64,000 nucleotides of DNA from Auanema rhodensis. Taxonomy: Eukaryota; Animalia; Nematoda. The stretch covers positions 10,974,001 through 11,038,000 of the forward strand of contig OZ059895.1 in assembly GCA_964057225.1 (NCBI GenBank). The letters are read 5' to 3'. Each line of letters opens with the position of its first letter. The stretch's first letter is position 1. Position numbers and translations under genes: made by a program. This document shows positions 26,698-39,020 of the stretch, in pieces. The notes under the pieces are model-generated. The model was not told the DNA's origin. It made no database searches and worked only from the letters and a program-made list of their open reading frames with translations.

Positions 26698-28291
26698 GAT
26701 TGAAGATAACTTGCTGCCTTGGTTTGAGCTATCTAAGTGAAACGACTTGAAAAGTGAAAACATTTGTTACGGAAGAGATAAAATTGAAAATCAGCTGCAT
26801 GTCGTACTTTCAACGTGGTATAGTTGAAAGCGAATGTATCTGATTTTCAATGATTTACATACTTATCCTCGTTATAGTATTTTTCCAATTTCATGTTAGT
26901 TATGTAACTTTCCACGTTTCATCTGGTTCCCTCGATGATATCAATTCTTATGTGCTCCAAATACAAGAAATTAAAAAAGGTTTCACAGTTGTATAGTGTT
27001 TAGACAATGTTTGTTTCAAAAGGAAAAAGATAGAAACAGTAAAGTTAAGATGAAGGTTCATTAACTACTGGTTTATAACTGTATTATAGCAATAAGTTTG
27101 GATATAATTTGCTGCTTTGGGTTGAGCTATCTAAGTGAAACTACTTGAAAATTGAAAACATTTGTTACGGAAGAGATAAAATTGAAAATCAGCTGCATGG
27201 CGTACTTTCAACGTGGTATAGTTGTGAGCAAAAATATCTGAGATTCAATGATTTACATACTTATCCTCGTTATAGTTTTTTTCCAATTTCATGTTAGTTA
27301 TGTAACTTTCCACGTTCCATCTGGTTCCCTCGATGATATCAAAGCTTATGTGCTCCAAATACAATAAATCAAAAAAGGGTTTCACAGTTGTATAGTGTTC
27401 AAACAATGTTTGTTTCGATAGGAAATAGATAAAAACAGTAAAGTTAAGATGAAGGTTCATTAACTACTGGTTTATGACTGTAATATAGAAATAAGATTAA
27501 AGATAATTTGCTGCCTCCGGTTGAGCTATCTAAGTAAATCTACTTGAAAAGTGAAAAAATTTGTTACGGAAGAGATAAAATTGAAAATCAGCTGCATGAC
27601 ATACTTTCAACGTGGTATAGTTGAAAGCGAAAATATCTGATTTTCAATGATTTACATACTTATCCTCGTTATAGTTTTTTTCCAATTTCATGTCAGTTAT
27701 GTAATTTTCCACGTTTCATCTGGTTCCCTCGATGATATCAATTCTTATGTGCTCCAAATACAAGAAATTAAAAAAGGTTTCACAGTTGTATAGTGTTTAG
27801 ACAATGTTTGTTTCGAAAGGAAAAAGATAGAAACAGTAAAGTTAAGATGAAGGTTCATTAACTACTGGTTTATAACTGTATTATAGCAATAAGTTTGGAT
27901 ATAATTTGCTGCTTTGGGTTGAGCTATCTAAGTGAAACTACTTGAAAATTGAAAACATTTGTTACGGAAGAGATAAAATTGAAAATCAGCTGCATGGCGT
28001 ACTTTCAACGTGGTGTAGTTGAAAGCGAAAATATCTGATATTCAATGATTTACATACTTATCCGCGTTATGGTATTTTTCCAATTTCATGTTAGTTATGT
28101 AACTTTCCACGTGTCATCTGGTTCCCTCGATGATATCAAAGCTTATGTGCTCCAAATACAATAAATCAAAAAAGGGTTTCACAGTAGTATAGTGTTTAAA
28201 CAATGTTTGTTTCGATAGGAAGTAGATAGAAACAGTAAAGTTAAGATGAAGGTTTATTAACTACTGATTTATGACTGTAATATAGAAATAA

Positions 28292-30260
28292 GATTGAAGA
28301 TAATTTGCTGCCTCCGGTTGAGCTATCTAAGTAAATCTACTTGAAAAGTGAAAAAATTTGTTACGGAAGAGATAAAATTGAAAATCAGCTGCATGTCGTA
28401 CTTTCAACGTGGTATAGTTGAAAGCGAAAATATCTGATTTTCAATGATTTACATACTTATCCTCGTTATAGTTTTTTTCCAATTTCATGTTAGTTATGTA
28501 ACTTTCCACGTTCCATCTGGTTCCCTCGATGATATCAAAGCTTATGTGCTCCAAATACAATAAATCAAAAAAGGGTTTCACAGTTGTATAGTGTTTAAAC
28601 AATGTTTGTTTCGATAGGAAATAGATAAAAACAGTAAAGTTAAGATGAAGGTTCATTAACTACTGGTTTATGACTGTAATATAGAAATAAGATTGAAGAT
28701 ACTTTGCTGCCTTGGGTTGAGCTATTTAAGGAAAACTACTTGAAAATTGAAAACATTTGTTACGGAAGAGATAAAATTGAAAATCAGCTGCATGGCGTAC
28801 TTTTAACGTGGTATAGTTGTAAGCGAAAATATCTGGTATTCAATGATTTACATACTTATCCTCGTTATAGTTTTTTTCCAATTTCATGTTAGTTATGTAA
28901 TTTTCCACGTTCCATCTGGTTCCCTTGATGATATCAAATCTTATGTGCTCCAAATACAATAAATTAAAAAAGGTTTCACAGTTGTATAGTGTTTTAACAA
29001 TGTTTGTTTTGATAGGAAATAGATAGAAACAGTAAAGTTGAGATGAAGGTTCATTAATTACTGGTTTATAACTGTAATGTAGAAATAAGATTGAAGATAA
29101 TTTGCTGCCTCCGGTTGAGCTATCTAAGTAAACCTACTTGAAAAGTGAAAAAATTTGTTACGGAAGAGATAAAATTGAAAATCAGCTGCATGTCGTACTT
29201 TCAACGTGGTATAGTTGAAAGCGAAAATATCTGATTTTCAATGATTTACATACTTATCCTCGTTATAGTTTTTTTCCAATTTCATGTTAGTTATGTAACT
29301 TTCCACGTTCCATCTGGTTCCCTCGATGATAGCGATTCTTATAAGCTCCAAATACAATAAATTAAAAAAGGTTTCACAGTTGTATAGTGTTTAAACAATG
29401 TTTGTTTCGATAGGGAATAGATACCAACAGTAAAGTTAAAATGAAGGTTCATTAACTACTGGTTTATAACTGTAATATAGGAATAAGATTGAAGATAATT
29501 TGCTGCCTCCGGTTGAGCTATCTAAGTAAATCTACTTGAAAAGTGAAAACATTTGTTACGGAAGAGATAAAATTGAAAATCAGCTGCATGTCGTACTTTC
29601 AACGTGGTATAGTTGAAAGCGAAAATATCTGATTTTCAATGATTTACATACTTATCCTCGTTATAGTTTTTTTCCAATTTCATGTTAGTTATGTAACTTT
29701 CCACGTTCCATCTGGTTCCCTCGATGATATCAAAGCTTATGTGCTCCAAATACAATAAATCAAAAAAGGGTTTCACAGTTGTATAGTGTTTAAACAATGT
29801 TTGTTTCGATAGGAAATAGATAAAAACAGTAAAGTTAAGATGAAGGTTCATTAACTACTGGTTTATGACTGTAATATAGAAATAAGATTGAAGATACTTT
29901 GCTGCCTTGGGTTGAGCTATTTAAGGAAAACTACTTGAAAATTGAAAACATTTGTTACGGAAGAGATAAAATTGAAAATCAGCTGCATGGCGTACTTTTA
30001 ACGTGGTATAGTTGTAAGCGAAAATATCTGGTATTCAATGATTTACATACTTATCCTCGTTATAGTTTTTTTCCAATTTCATGTTAGTTATGTAATTTTC
30101 CACGTTCCATCTGGTTCCCTTGATGATATCAAATCTTATGTGCTCCAAATACAATAAATTAAAAAAGGTTTCACAGTTGTATAGTGTTTTAACAATGTTT
30201 GTTTTGATAGGAAATAGATAGAAACAGTAAAGTTGAGATGAAGGTTCATTAATTACTGGT
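28292..30260. repeat. Tandem 3-monomer duplication (1195 bp offset)
   Basis: ORF pairs 28441/29636 and 28704/29899 are identical at offset 1195. Confidence 0.85.
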
Positions 30261-33200
30261 TTATAACTGTAATATAGAAAAAAGATTGAAGATAACTTGC
30301 TGCCTTGGGTTGAGCTATCTAAGTAAATCTACTTGAAAAGTGAAAACATTTGTTACGGAAGAGATAAAATTGAAAATCAGCTGCATGGCGTACTTTCAAC
30401 GTGGTATAGTTGAAAGCGAAAATATCTGATATTCAATGATTTACATACTTATCCTCGTTATAGTTTTTTTCCAATTTCATGTTAGTTATGTAACTTTCCA
30501 CGTGCCATCTGGTTCCCTCGATGATATCAAAGCTTATGTGCTCCAAATACAATAAATCAAAAAAGGGTTTCACAGTAGTATAGTGTTTAAACAATGTTTG
30601 TTTCGATAGGAAATAGATAGAAACAGTAAAGTTAAGATGAAGGTTCATTGACTACTGGTTTATAACTGTAATATAGAAAAAAGATTGAAGATAACTTGCT
30701 GCCTTGGTTTGAGCTATCTAAGTGAAACGACTTGAAAAGTGAAAACATTTGTTACGGAAGAGATAAAATTGAAAATCAGCTGCATGGCGTACTTTCAACG
30801 TGGTATAGTTGTGAGCAAAAATATCTGATATTCAATGATTTACATACTTATCCTCGTTATAGTTTTTTTCCAATTTCATGTTAGTTATGTAATTTTCCAC
30901 GTTCCATCTGGTTCCCTTGATGATATCAAATCTTATGTGCTCCAAATACAACAAATTAAAAAAGGTTTCACAGTTGTATAGTGTTTTAACAATGTTTGTT
31001 TTGATAGGAAATAGATAGAAACAGTAAAGTTGAGATGAAGGTTCATTAATTACTGGTTTATAACTGTAATGTAGAAATAAGATTGAAGATAATTTGCTGC
31101 CTCCGGTTGAGCTATCTAAGTGAAACTACTTGAAAAGTGAAAAAATTTGTTACGGAAGAGATAAAATTGAAAATCAGCTGCATGTCGTACTTTCAACGTG
31201 GTATAGTTGTAAGCGAAAATATCTGATATTCAATGATTTACATACTTATCCTCGTTATAGTTTTTTTCCAATTTCATGTTAGTTATGTAATTTTCGACGT
31301 TCCATCTGGATCCCTCGATGATAGCGATTCTTATAAGCTCCAAATACAATAAATTAAAAAAGGTTTCACTGTTGTATAGTGTTTAAACAATGTTTGTTTC
31401 GATAGGAAATAGATAGAAACAGTGAAGTTAAAATGAAGGTTCATTAACTACTGGTTTATAACTGTAATATAGGAATAAGATTGAAGATAATTTTCTGCCT
31501 TGGGTTGAGCTACCTAAGTAAAACTACTTGAAAATCGGAAACATTTGTTACAGAAGAGATAAAATTGAGAATCAGCTGCATGGCGTACTTTCAACGTGGT
31601 GTAGTTGGAAGCGAAAATATCTGATATTCAATGATTTACATACTTATCCTCGTTATAGTTTTTTTCCAATTTCATGTTAGTTATGTAATTTTCGACGTTC
31701 CATCTGGATCCCTCATGATAGCGATTCTTATAAGCTCCAAATACAATAAATTAAAAAAGGTTTCACAGTTGTATAGTGTTTAAACAATGTTTGTTTCGAT
31801 AGGGAATAGATACCAACAGTAAAGTTAAAATGAAGGTTCATTAACTACTGGTTTATGACTGTAATATAGAAATAAGATTGAAGATAATTTGCTGCCCCCG
31901 GTTGAGCTATCTAAGTAAATCTACTTGAAAAGTGAAAACATTTGTTACGGAAGAGATAAAATTGAAAATCAGCTGCATGGCGTACTTTTAACGTGGTATA
32001 GTTGTAAGCGAAAATATCTGGTATTCAATGATTTACATACTTATCCTCGTTATAGTTTTTTTCCAATTTCATGTTAGTTATGTAATTTTCCACGTTCCAT
32101 CTGGTTCCCTTGATGATATCAAATCTTATGTGCTCCAAATACAATAAATTAAAAAAGGTTTCACAGTTGTATAGTTTTTAAACAATGTTTGTTTCGATAG
32201 GAAATAGATAAAAACAGTAAAGTTAAGATGAAGGTTCATTAACTACTGGTTTATGACTGTAATATAGAAATAAGATTGAAGATAATTTGCGCCCTCCGGT
32301 TGAGCTATCTAAGGAAAACTACTTGAAAATTGAAAACATTTGTTACGGAAGAGATAAAATTGAAAATCAGCTGCATGGCGTACTTTTAACGTGGTATAGT
32401 TGTAAGCGAAAATATCTGGTATTCAATGATTTACATACTTATCCTCGTTATAGTTTTTTTCCAATTTCATGTTAGTTATGTAATTTTCCACGTTCCATCT
32501 GGTTCCCTTGATGATATCAAATCTTATGTGCTCCAAATACAATAAATTAAAAAAGGTTTCACAGTTGTATAGTGTTTTAACAATGTTTGTTTTGATAGGA
32601 AATAGATAGAAACAGTAAAGTTGAGATGAAGGTTCATTAATTACTGGTTTATAACTGTAATGTAGAAATAAGATTGAAGATAATTTGCTGCCTCCGGTTG
32701 AGCTATCTAAGTAAACCTACTTGAAAAGTGAAAAAATTTGTTACGGAAGAGATAAAATTGAAAATCAGCTGCATGTCGTACTTTCAACGTGGTATAGTTG
32801 AAAGCGAAAATATCTGATTTTCAATGATTTACATACTTATCCTCGTTATAGTTTTTTTCCAATTTCATGTTAGTTATGTAACTTTCCACGTTCCATCTGG
32901 TTCCCTCGATGATAGCGATTCTTATAAGCTCCAAATACAATAAATTAAAAAAGGTTTCACAGTTGTATAGTGTTTAAACAATGTTTGTTTCGATAGGGAA
33001 TAGATACCAACAGTAAAGTTAAAATGAAGGTTCATTAACTACTGGTTTATAACTGTAATATAGGAATAAGATTGAAGATAATTTGCTGCCTCCGGTTGAG
33101 CTATCTAAGTAAATCTACTTGAAAAGTGAAAACATTTGTTACGGAAGAGATAAAATTGAAAATCAGCTGCATGGCGTACTTTCAACGTGGTATAGTTGAA

Positions 33201-34069
33201 AGCGAAAATATCTGATATTCAATGATTTACATACTTATCCTCGTTATAGTTTTTTTCCAATTTCATGTTAGTTATGTAACTTTCCACGTGCCATCTGGTT
33301 CCCTCGATGATATCAAAGCTTATGTGCTCCAAATACAATAAATCAAAAAAGGGTTTCACAGTAGTATAGTGTTTAAACAATGTTTGTTTCGATAGGAAAT
33401 AGATAGAAACAGTAAAGTTAAGATGAAGGTTCATTGACTACTGGTTTATAACTGTAATATAGAAAAAAGATTGAAGATAACTTGCTGCCTTGGTTTGATC
33501 TATCTAAGTGAAACGACTTGAAAAGTGAAAACATTTGTTACGGAAGAGATAAAATTGAAAATCAGCTGCATGGCGTACTTTCAACGTGGTATAGTTGTGA
33601 GCAAAAATATCTGATATTCAATGATTTACATACTTATCCTCGTTATAGTTTTTTTCCAATTTCATGTTAGTTATGTAACTTTCCACGTTCCATCTGGTTC
33701 CCTCGATGATAGCGATTCTTATAAGCTCCAAATACAATAAATTAAAAAAGGTTTCACAGTTGTATAGTGTTTAAACAATGTTTGTTTCGATAGGAAATAG
33801 ATAGAAACAGTAAAGTTAAAATGAAGGTTCATTAACTACTGGTTTATAACTGTAATATAGGAATAAGATTGAAGATAATTTTCTGCCTTGGGTTGAGCTA
33901 CCTAAGTAAAACTACTTGAAAATCGGAAACTTTTGTTACAGAAGAGATAAAATTGAGAATCAGCTGCATGGCGTACTTTCAACGTGGTGTAGTTGGAAGC
34001 GAAAATATCTGATATTCAATGATTTACATACTTATCCTCGTTATAGTTTTTTTCCAATTTCATGTTAGT

Positions 34070-37000
34070 TATGTAATTTTCGACGTTCCATCTGGATCCC
34101 TCGATGATAGCGATTCTTATAAGCTCCAAATACAATAAATTAAAAAAGGTTTCACAGTTGTATAGTGTTTAAACAATGTTTGTTTCGATAGGGAATAGAT
34201 ACCAACAGTAAAGTTAAAATGAAGGTTCATTAACTACTGGTTTATGACTGTAATATAGAAATAAGATTGAAGATAATTTGCTGCCCCCGGTTGAGCTATC
34301 TAAGTAAATCTACTTGAAAAGTGAAAACATTTGTTACGGAAGAGATAAAATTGAAAATCAGCTGCATGACGTACTGTCAACGTGGTATAGTTGTAAGCGA
34401 AAATATCTGATATTCAATGATTTACATACTTATCCTCGTTATAGTTTTTTTCCAATTTCATGTTAGGTATGTAATTTTCCACGTTCCATCTGGTTCCCTT
34501 GATGATATCAAATCTTATGTACTCCAAATACAATAAATTGAAAAAGGTTTCACAGTTGTATAGTGTTTAAACAATGTTTGTTTCGATAGGAAATAGATAG
34601 AAACAGTAAAGTTAAAATGAAGGTTCATTAACTACTGGTTTATAACTGTAATATAGGAATAAGATTGAAGATAATTTTCTGCCTTGGGTTGAGCTACCTA
34701 AGTAAAACTACTTGAAAATCGGAAACATTTGTTACAGAAGAGATAAAATTGAGAATCAGCTGCATGGCGTACTTTCAACGTGGTGTAGTTGGAAGCGAAA
34801 ATATCTGATATTCAATGATTTACATACTTATCCTCGTTATAGTTTTTTTCCAATTTCATGTTAGTTATGTAATTTTCCACGTTCCATCTGGTTCCCTTGA
34901 TGATATCAAATCTTATGTGCTCCAAATACAATAAATTAAAAAAGGTTTCACAGTTGTATAGTGTTTTAACAATGTTTGTTTCGATAGGAAATAGATAGAA
35001 ACAGTAAAGTTGAGATGAAGGTTCATTAATTACTGGTTTATAACTGTAATGTAGAAATAAGATTAAAGATAATTTGCTGCCTTGGGTTGAGCTATCTAAG
35101 TAAAACTACTTGAAAAGTGAAAACATTTGTTACGGAAGAGATAAAATTGAAAATCAGCTGCATGGCGTACTTTCAACGTGGTGTAGTTGAAAGCGAAAAT
35201 ATCTGATATTCAATGATTTACATACTTATCCGCGTTATGGTATTTTTCCAATTTCATGTTAGTTATGTAACTTTCCACGTGCCATCTGGTTCCCTCGATG
35301 ATATCAAAGCTTATGTGCTCCAAATACAATAAATCAAAAAAGGGTTTCACAGTAGTATAGTGTTTAAACAATGTTTGTTTCGATAGGAAATAGATAGAAA
35401 CAGTAAAGTTAAGATGAAGGTTTATTAACTACTGATTTATGACTGTAATATAGAAATAAGATTGAAGATAATTTGCTGCCTCCGGTTGAGCTATCTAAGT
35501 AAATCTACTTGAAAAGTGAAAAAATTTGTTACGGAAGAGATAAAATTGAAAATCAGCTGCATGTCGTACTTTCAACGTGGAATAGTTGAAAGCGAAAATA
35601 TCTGATTTTCAATGATTTACATACTTATCCTCGTTATAGTTTTTTTCCAATTTCATGTTAGTTATGTAACTTTCCACGTTCCATCTGGTTCCCTCGATGA
35701 TATCAAAGCTTATGTGCTCCAAATACAATAAATCAAAAAAGGGTTTCACAGTTGTATAGTGTTTAAACAATGTTTGTTTCGATAGGAAATAGATAAAAAC
35801 AGTAAAGTTAAGATGAAGGTTCATTAACTACTGGTTTATGACTGTAATATAGAAATAAGATTGAAGATAATTTGCTGCCCCCGGTTGAGCTATCTAAGTA
35901 AATCTACTTGAAAAGTGAAAACATTTGTTACGGAAGAGATAAAATTGAAAATCAGCTGCATGGCGTACTTTTAACGTGGTATAGTTGTGAGCGAAAATAT
36001 CTGGTATTCAATGATTTACATACTTATCCTCGTTATAGTTTTTTTCCAATTTCATGTTAGTTATGTAATTTTCCACGTTCCATCTGGATCCCTCGATGAT
36101 ATCAAATTTTATGTGCTCCAAATGCAAAAAATTAAAAAAGGTTTTACAGTTGTTCAGTGTTTAAACAATGTTTGTTTTGATAAGAAATAGATAGAAACAG
36201 TAAAGTTGAGAGAAAAGTTCATTTACTGCTGGTTTATAATTGTGAAAAAAAAAAAAGATTGAAGATACTTTGCTGCCTTGGGTTGAGCTATTTAAGGAAA
36301 ACTACTTGAAAATTGAAAACATTTGTTACGGAAGAGATAAAATTGAAAATCAGCTGCATGGCGTACTTTTAACGTGGTATAGTTGTAAGCGAAAATATCT
36401 GGTATTCAATGATTTACATACTTATCCTCGTTATAGTTTTTTTTCCAATTTCCTGTTAGTTATGTAATTTTCGACGTTCCATCTGGATCCCTCGATGATA
36501 GCGATTCTTATAAGCTCCAAATACAATAAATTAAAAAAGGTTTCACAGTTGTATAGTGTTTAAACAATGTTTGTTTCGATAGGGAATAGATACCAACAGT
36601 AAAGTTAAAATGAAGGTTCATTAACTACTGGTTTATGACTGTAATATAGAAATAAGATTGAAGATAATTTGCTGCCCCCGGTTGAGCTATCTAAGTAAAT
36701 CTACTTGAAAAGTGAAAACATTTGTTACGGAAGAGATAAAATTGAAAATCAGCTGCATGACGTACTGTCAACGTGGTATAGTTGTAAGCGAAAATATCTG
36801 ATATTCATTGATTTACATACTTATCCTCGTTATAGTTTTTTTCCAATTTCATGTTAGTTATGTAATTTTCTACGTTCCATCTGGTTCCCTTGATGATATC
36901 AAATCTTATGTACTCCAAATACAATAAATTGAAAAAGGTTTCACAGTTGTATAGTGTTTAAACAATGTTTGTTTCGATAGGAAATAGATAGAAACAGTAA

Positions 37001-39020
37001 AGTTAAAATGAAGGTTCATTAACTACTGGTTTATAACTGTAATATAGGAATAAGATTGAAGATAATTTTCTGCCTTGGGTTGAGCTACCTAAGTAAAACT
37101 ACTTGAAAATCGGAAACATTTGTTACAGAAGAGATAAAATTGAGAATCAGCTGCATGGCGTACTTTCAACGTGGTGTAGTTGGAAGCGAAAATATCTGAT
37201 ATTCAATGATTTACATACTTATCCTCGTTATAGTTTTTTTCCAATTTCATGTTAGTTATGTAATTTTCCACGTTCCATCTGGTTCCCTTGATGATATCAA
37301 ATCTTATGTGCTCCAAATATAATAAATTAAAAAAGGTTTCACAGTTGTATAGTGTTTTAACAATGTTTGTTTCGATAGGAAATAGATAGAAACAGTAAAG
37401 TTGAAATGAAGGTTCATTAATTACTGGTTTATAACTGTAATGTAGAAATAAGATTAAAGATAATTTGCTGCCTTGGGTTGAGCTATCTAAGTAAAACTAC
37501 TTGAAAAGTGAAAACATTTGTTACGGAAGAGATAAAATTGAAAATCAGCTGCATGGCGTACTTTCAACGTGGTGTAGTTGAAAGCGAAAATATCTGATAT
37601 TCAATGATTTACATACTTATCCGCGTTATGGTATTTTTCCAATTTCATGTTAGTTATGTAACTTTCCACGTGCCATCTGGTTCCCTCGATGATATCAAAG
37701 CTTATGTGCTCCAAATACAATAAATCAAAAAAGGGTTTCACAGTAGTATAGTGTTTAAACAATGTTTGTTTCGATAGGAAATAGATAGAAACAGTAAAGT
37801 TAAGATGAAGGTTTATTAACTACTGATTTATGACTGTAATATAGAAATAAGATTGAAGATAATTTGCTGCCTCCGGTTGAGCTATCTAAGTAAATCTACT
37901 TGAAAAGTGAAAAAATTTGTTACGGAAGAGATAAAATTGAAAATCAGCTGCATGTCGTACTTTCAACGTGGTATAGTTGAAAGCGAAAATATCTGATTTT
38001 CAATGATTTACATACTTATCCTCGTTATAGTTTTTTTCCAATTTCATGTTAGTTATGTAACTTTCCACGTTCCATCTGGTTCCCTCGATGATATCAAAGC
38101 TTATGTGCTCCAAATACAATAAATCAAAAAAGGGTTTCACAGTTGTATAGTGTTTAAACAATGTTTGTTTCGATAGGAAATAGATAAAAACAGTAAAGTT
38201 AAGATGAAGGTTCATTAACTACTGGTTTATGACTGTAATATAGAAATAAGATTGAAGATAATTTGCTGCCCCCGGTTGAGCTATCTAAGTAAATCTACTT
38301 GAAAAGTGAAAACATTTGTTACGGAAGAGATAAAATTGAAAATCAGCTGCATGGCGTACTTTTAACGTGGTATAGTTGTGAGCGAAAATATCTGGTATTC
38401 AATGATTTACATACTTATCCTCGTTATAGTTTTTTTCCAATTTCATGTTAGTTATGTAATTTTCCACGTTCCATCTGGATCCCTCGATGATATCAAATTT
38501 TATGTGCTCCAAATGCAAAAAATTAAAAAAGGTTTTACAGTTGTTCAGTGTTTAAACAATGTTTGTTTTGATAAGAAATAGATAGAAACAGTAAAGTTGA
38601 GAGAAAAGTTCATTTACTGCTGGTTTATAATTGTGAAAAAAAAAAAGATTGAAGATACTTTGCTGCCTTGGGTTGAGCTATTTAAGGAAAACTACTTGAA
38701 AATTGAAAACATTTGTTACGGAAGAGATAAAATTGAAAATCAGCTGCATGGCGTACTTTTAACGTGGTATAGTTGTAAGCGAAAATATCTGGTATTCAAT
38801 GATTTACATACTTATCCTCGTTATAGTTTTTTTTCCAATTTCCTGTTAGTTATGTAATTTTCGACGTTCCATCTGGATCCCTCGATGATAGCGATTCTTA
38901 TAAGCTCCAAATACAATAAATTAAAAAAGGTTTCACAGTTGTATAGTGTTTAAACAATGTTTGTTTCGATAGGGAATAGATACCAACAGTAAAGTTAAAA
39001 TGAAGGTTCATTAACTACTG
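34070..39020. repeat. Tandem 6-monomer higher-order repeat (2391 bp), 2 copies; different monomer set from the 18-26.7 kb 6-mer
   Basis: ORF pairs 35609/38000 and 35987/38378 share offset 2391. gtactgtcaa lies at 34371 and 36762. gcccccgg, gtactcc, gagaatc and ataattgtg are shared. Confidence 0.92.

Noticed and set aside
36245-38646. A12 versus A11 run difference between otherwise near-identical 6-mer copies
   Set aside because: This cannot be distinguished from homopolymer sequencing error, so it was not treated as a biological variant.
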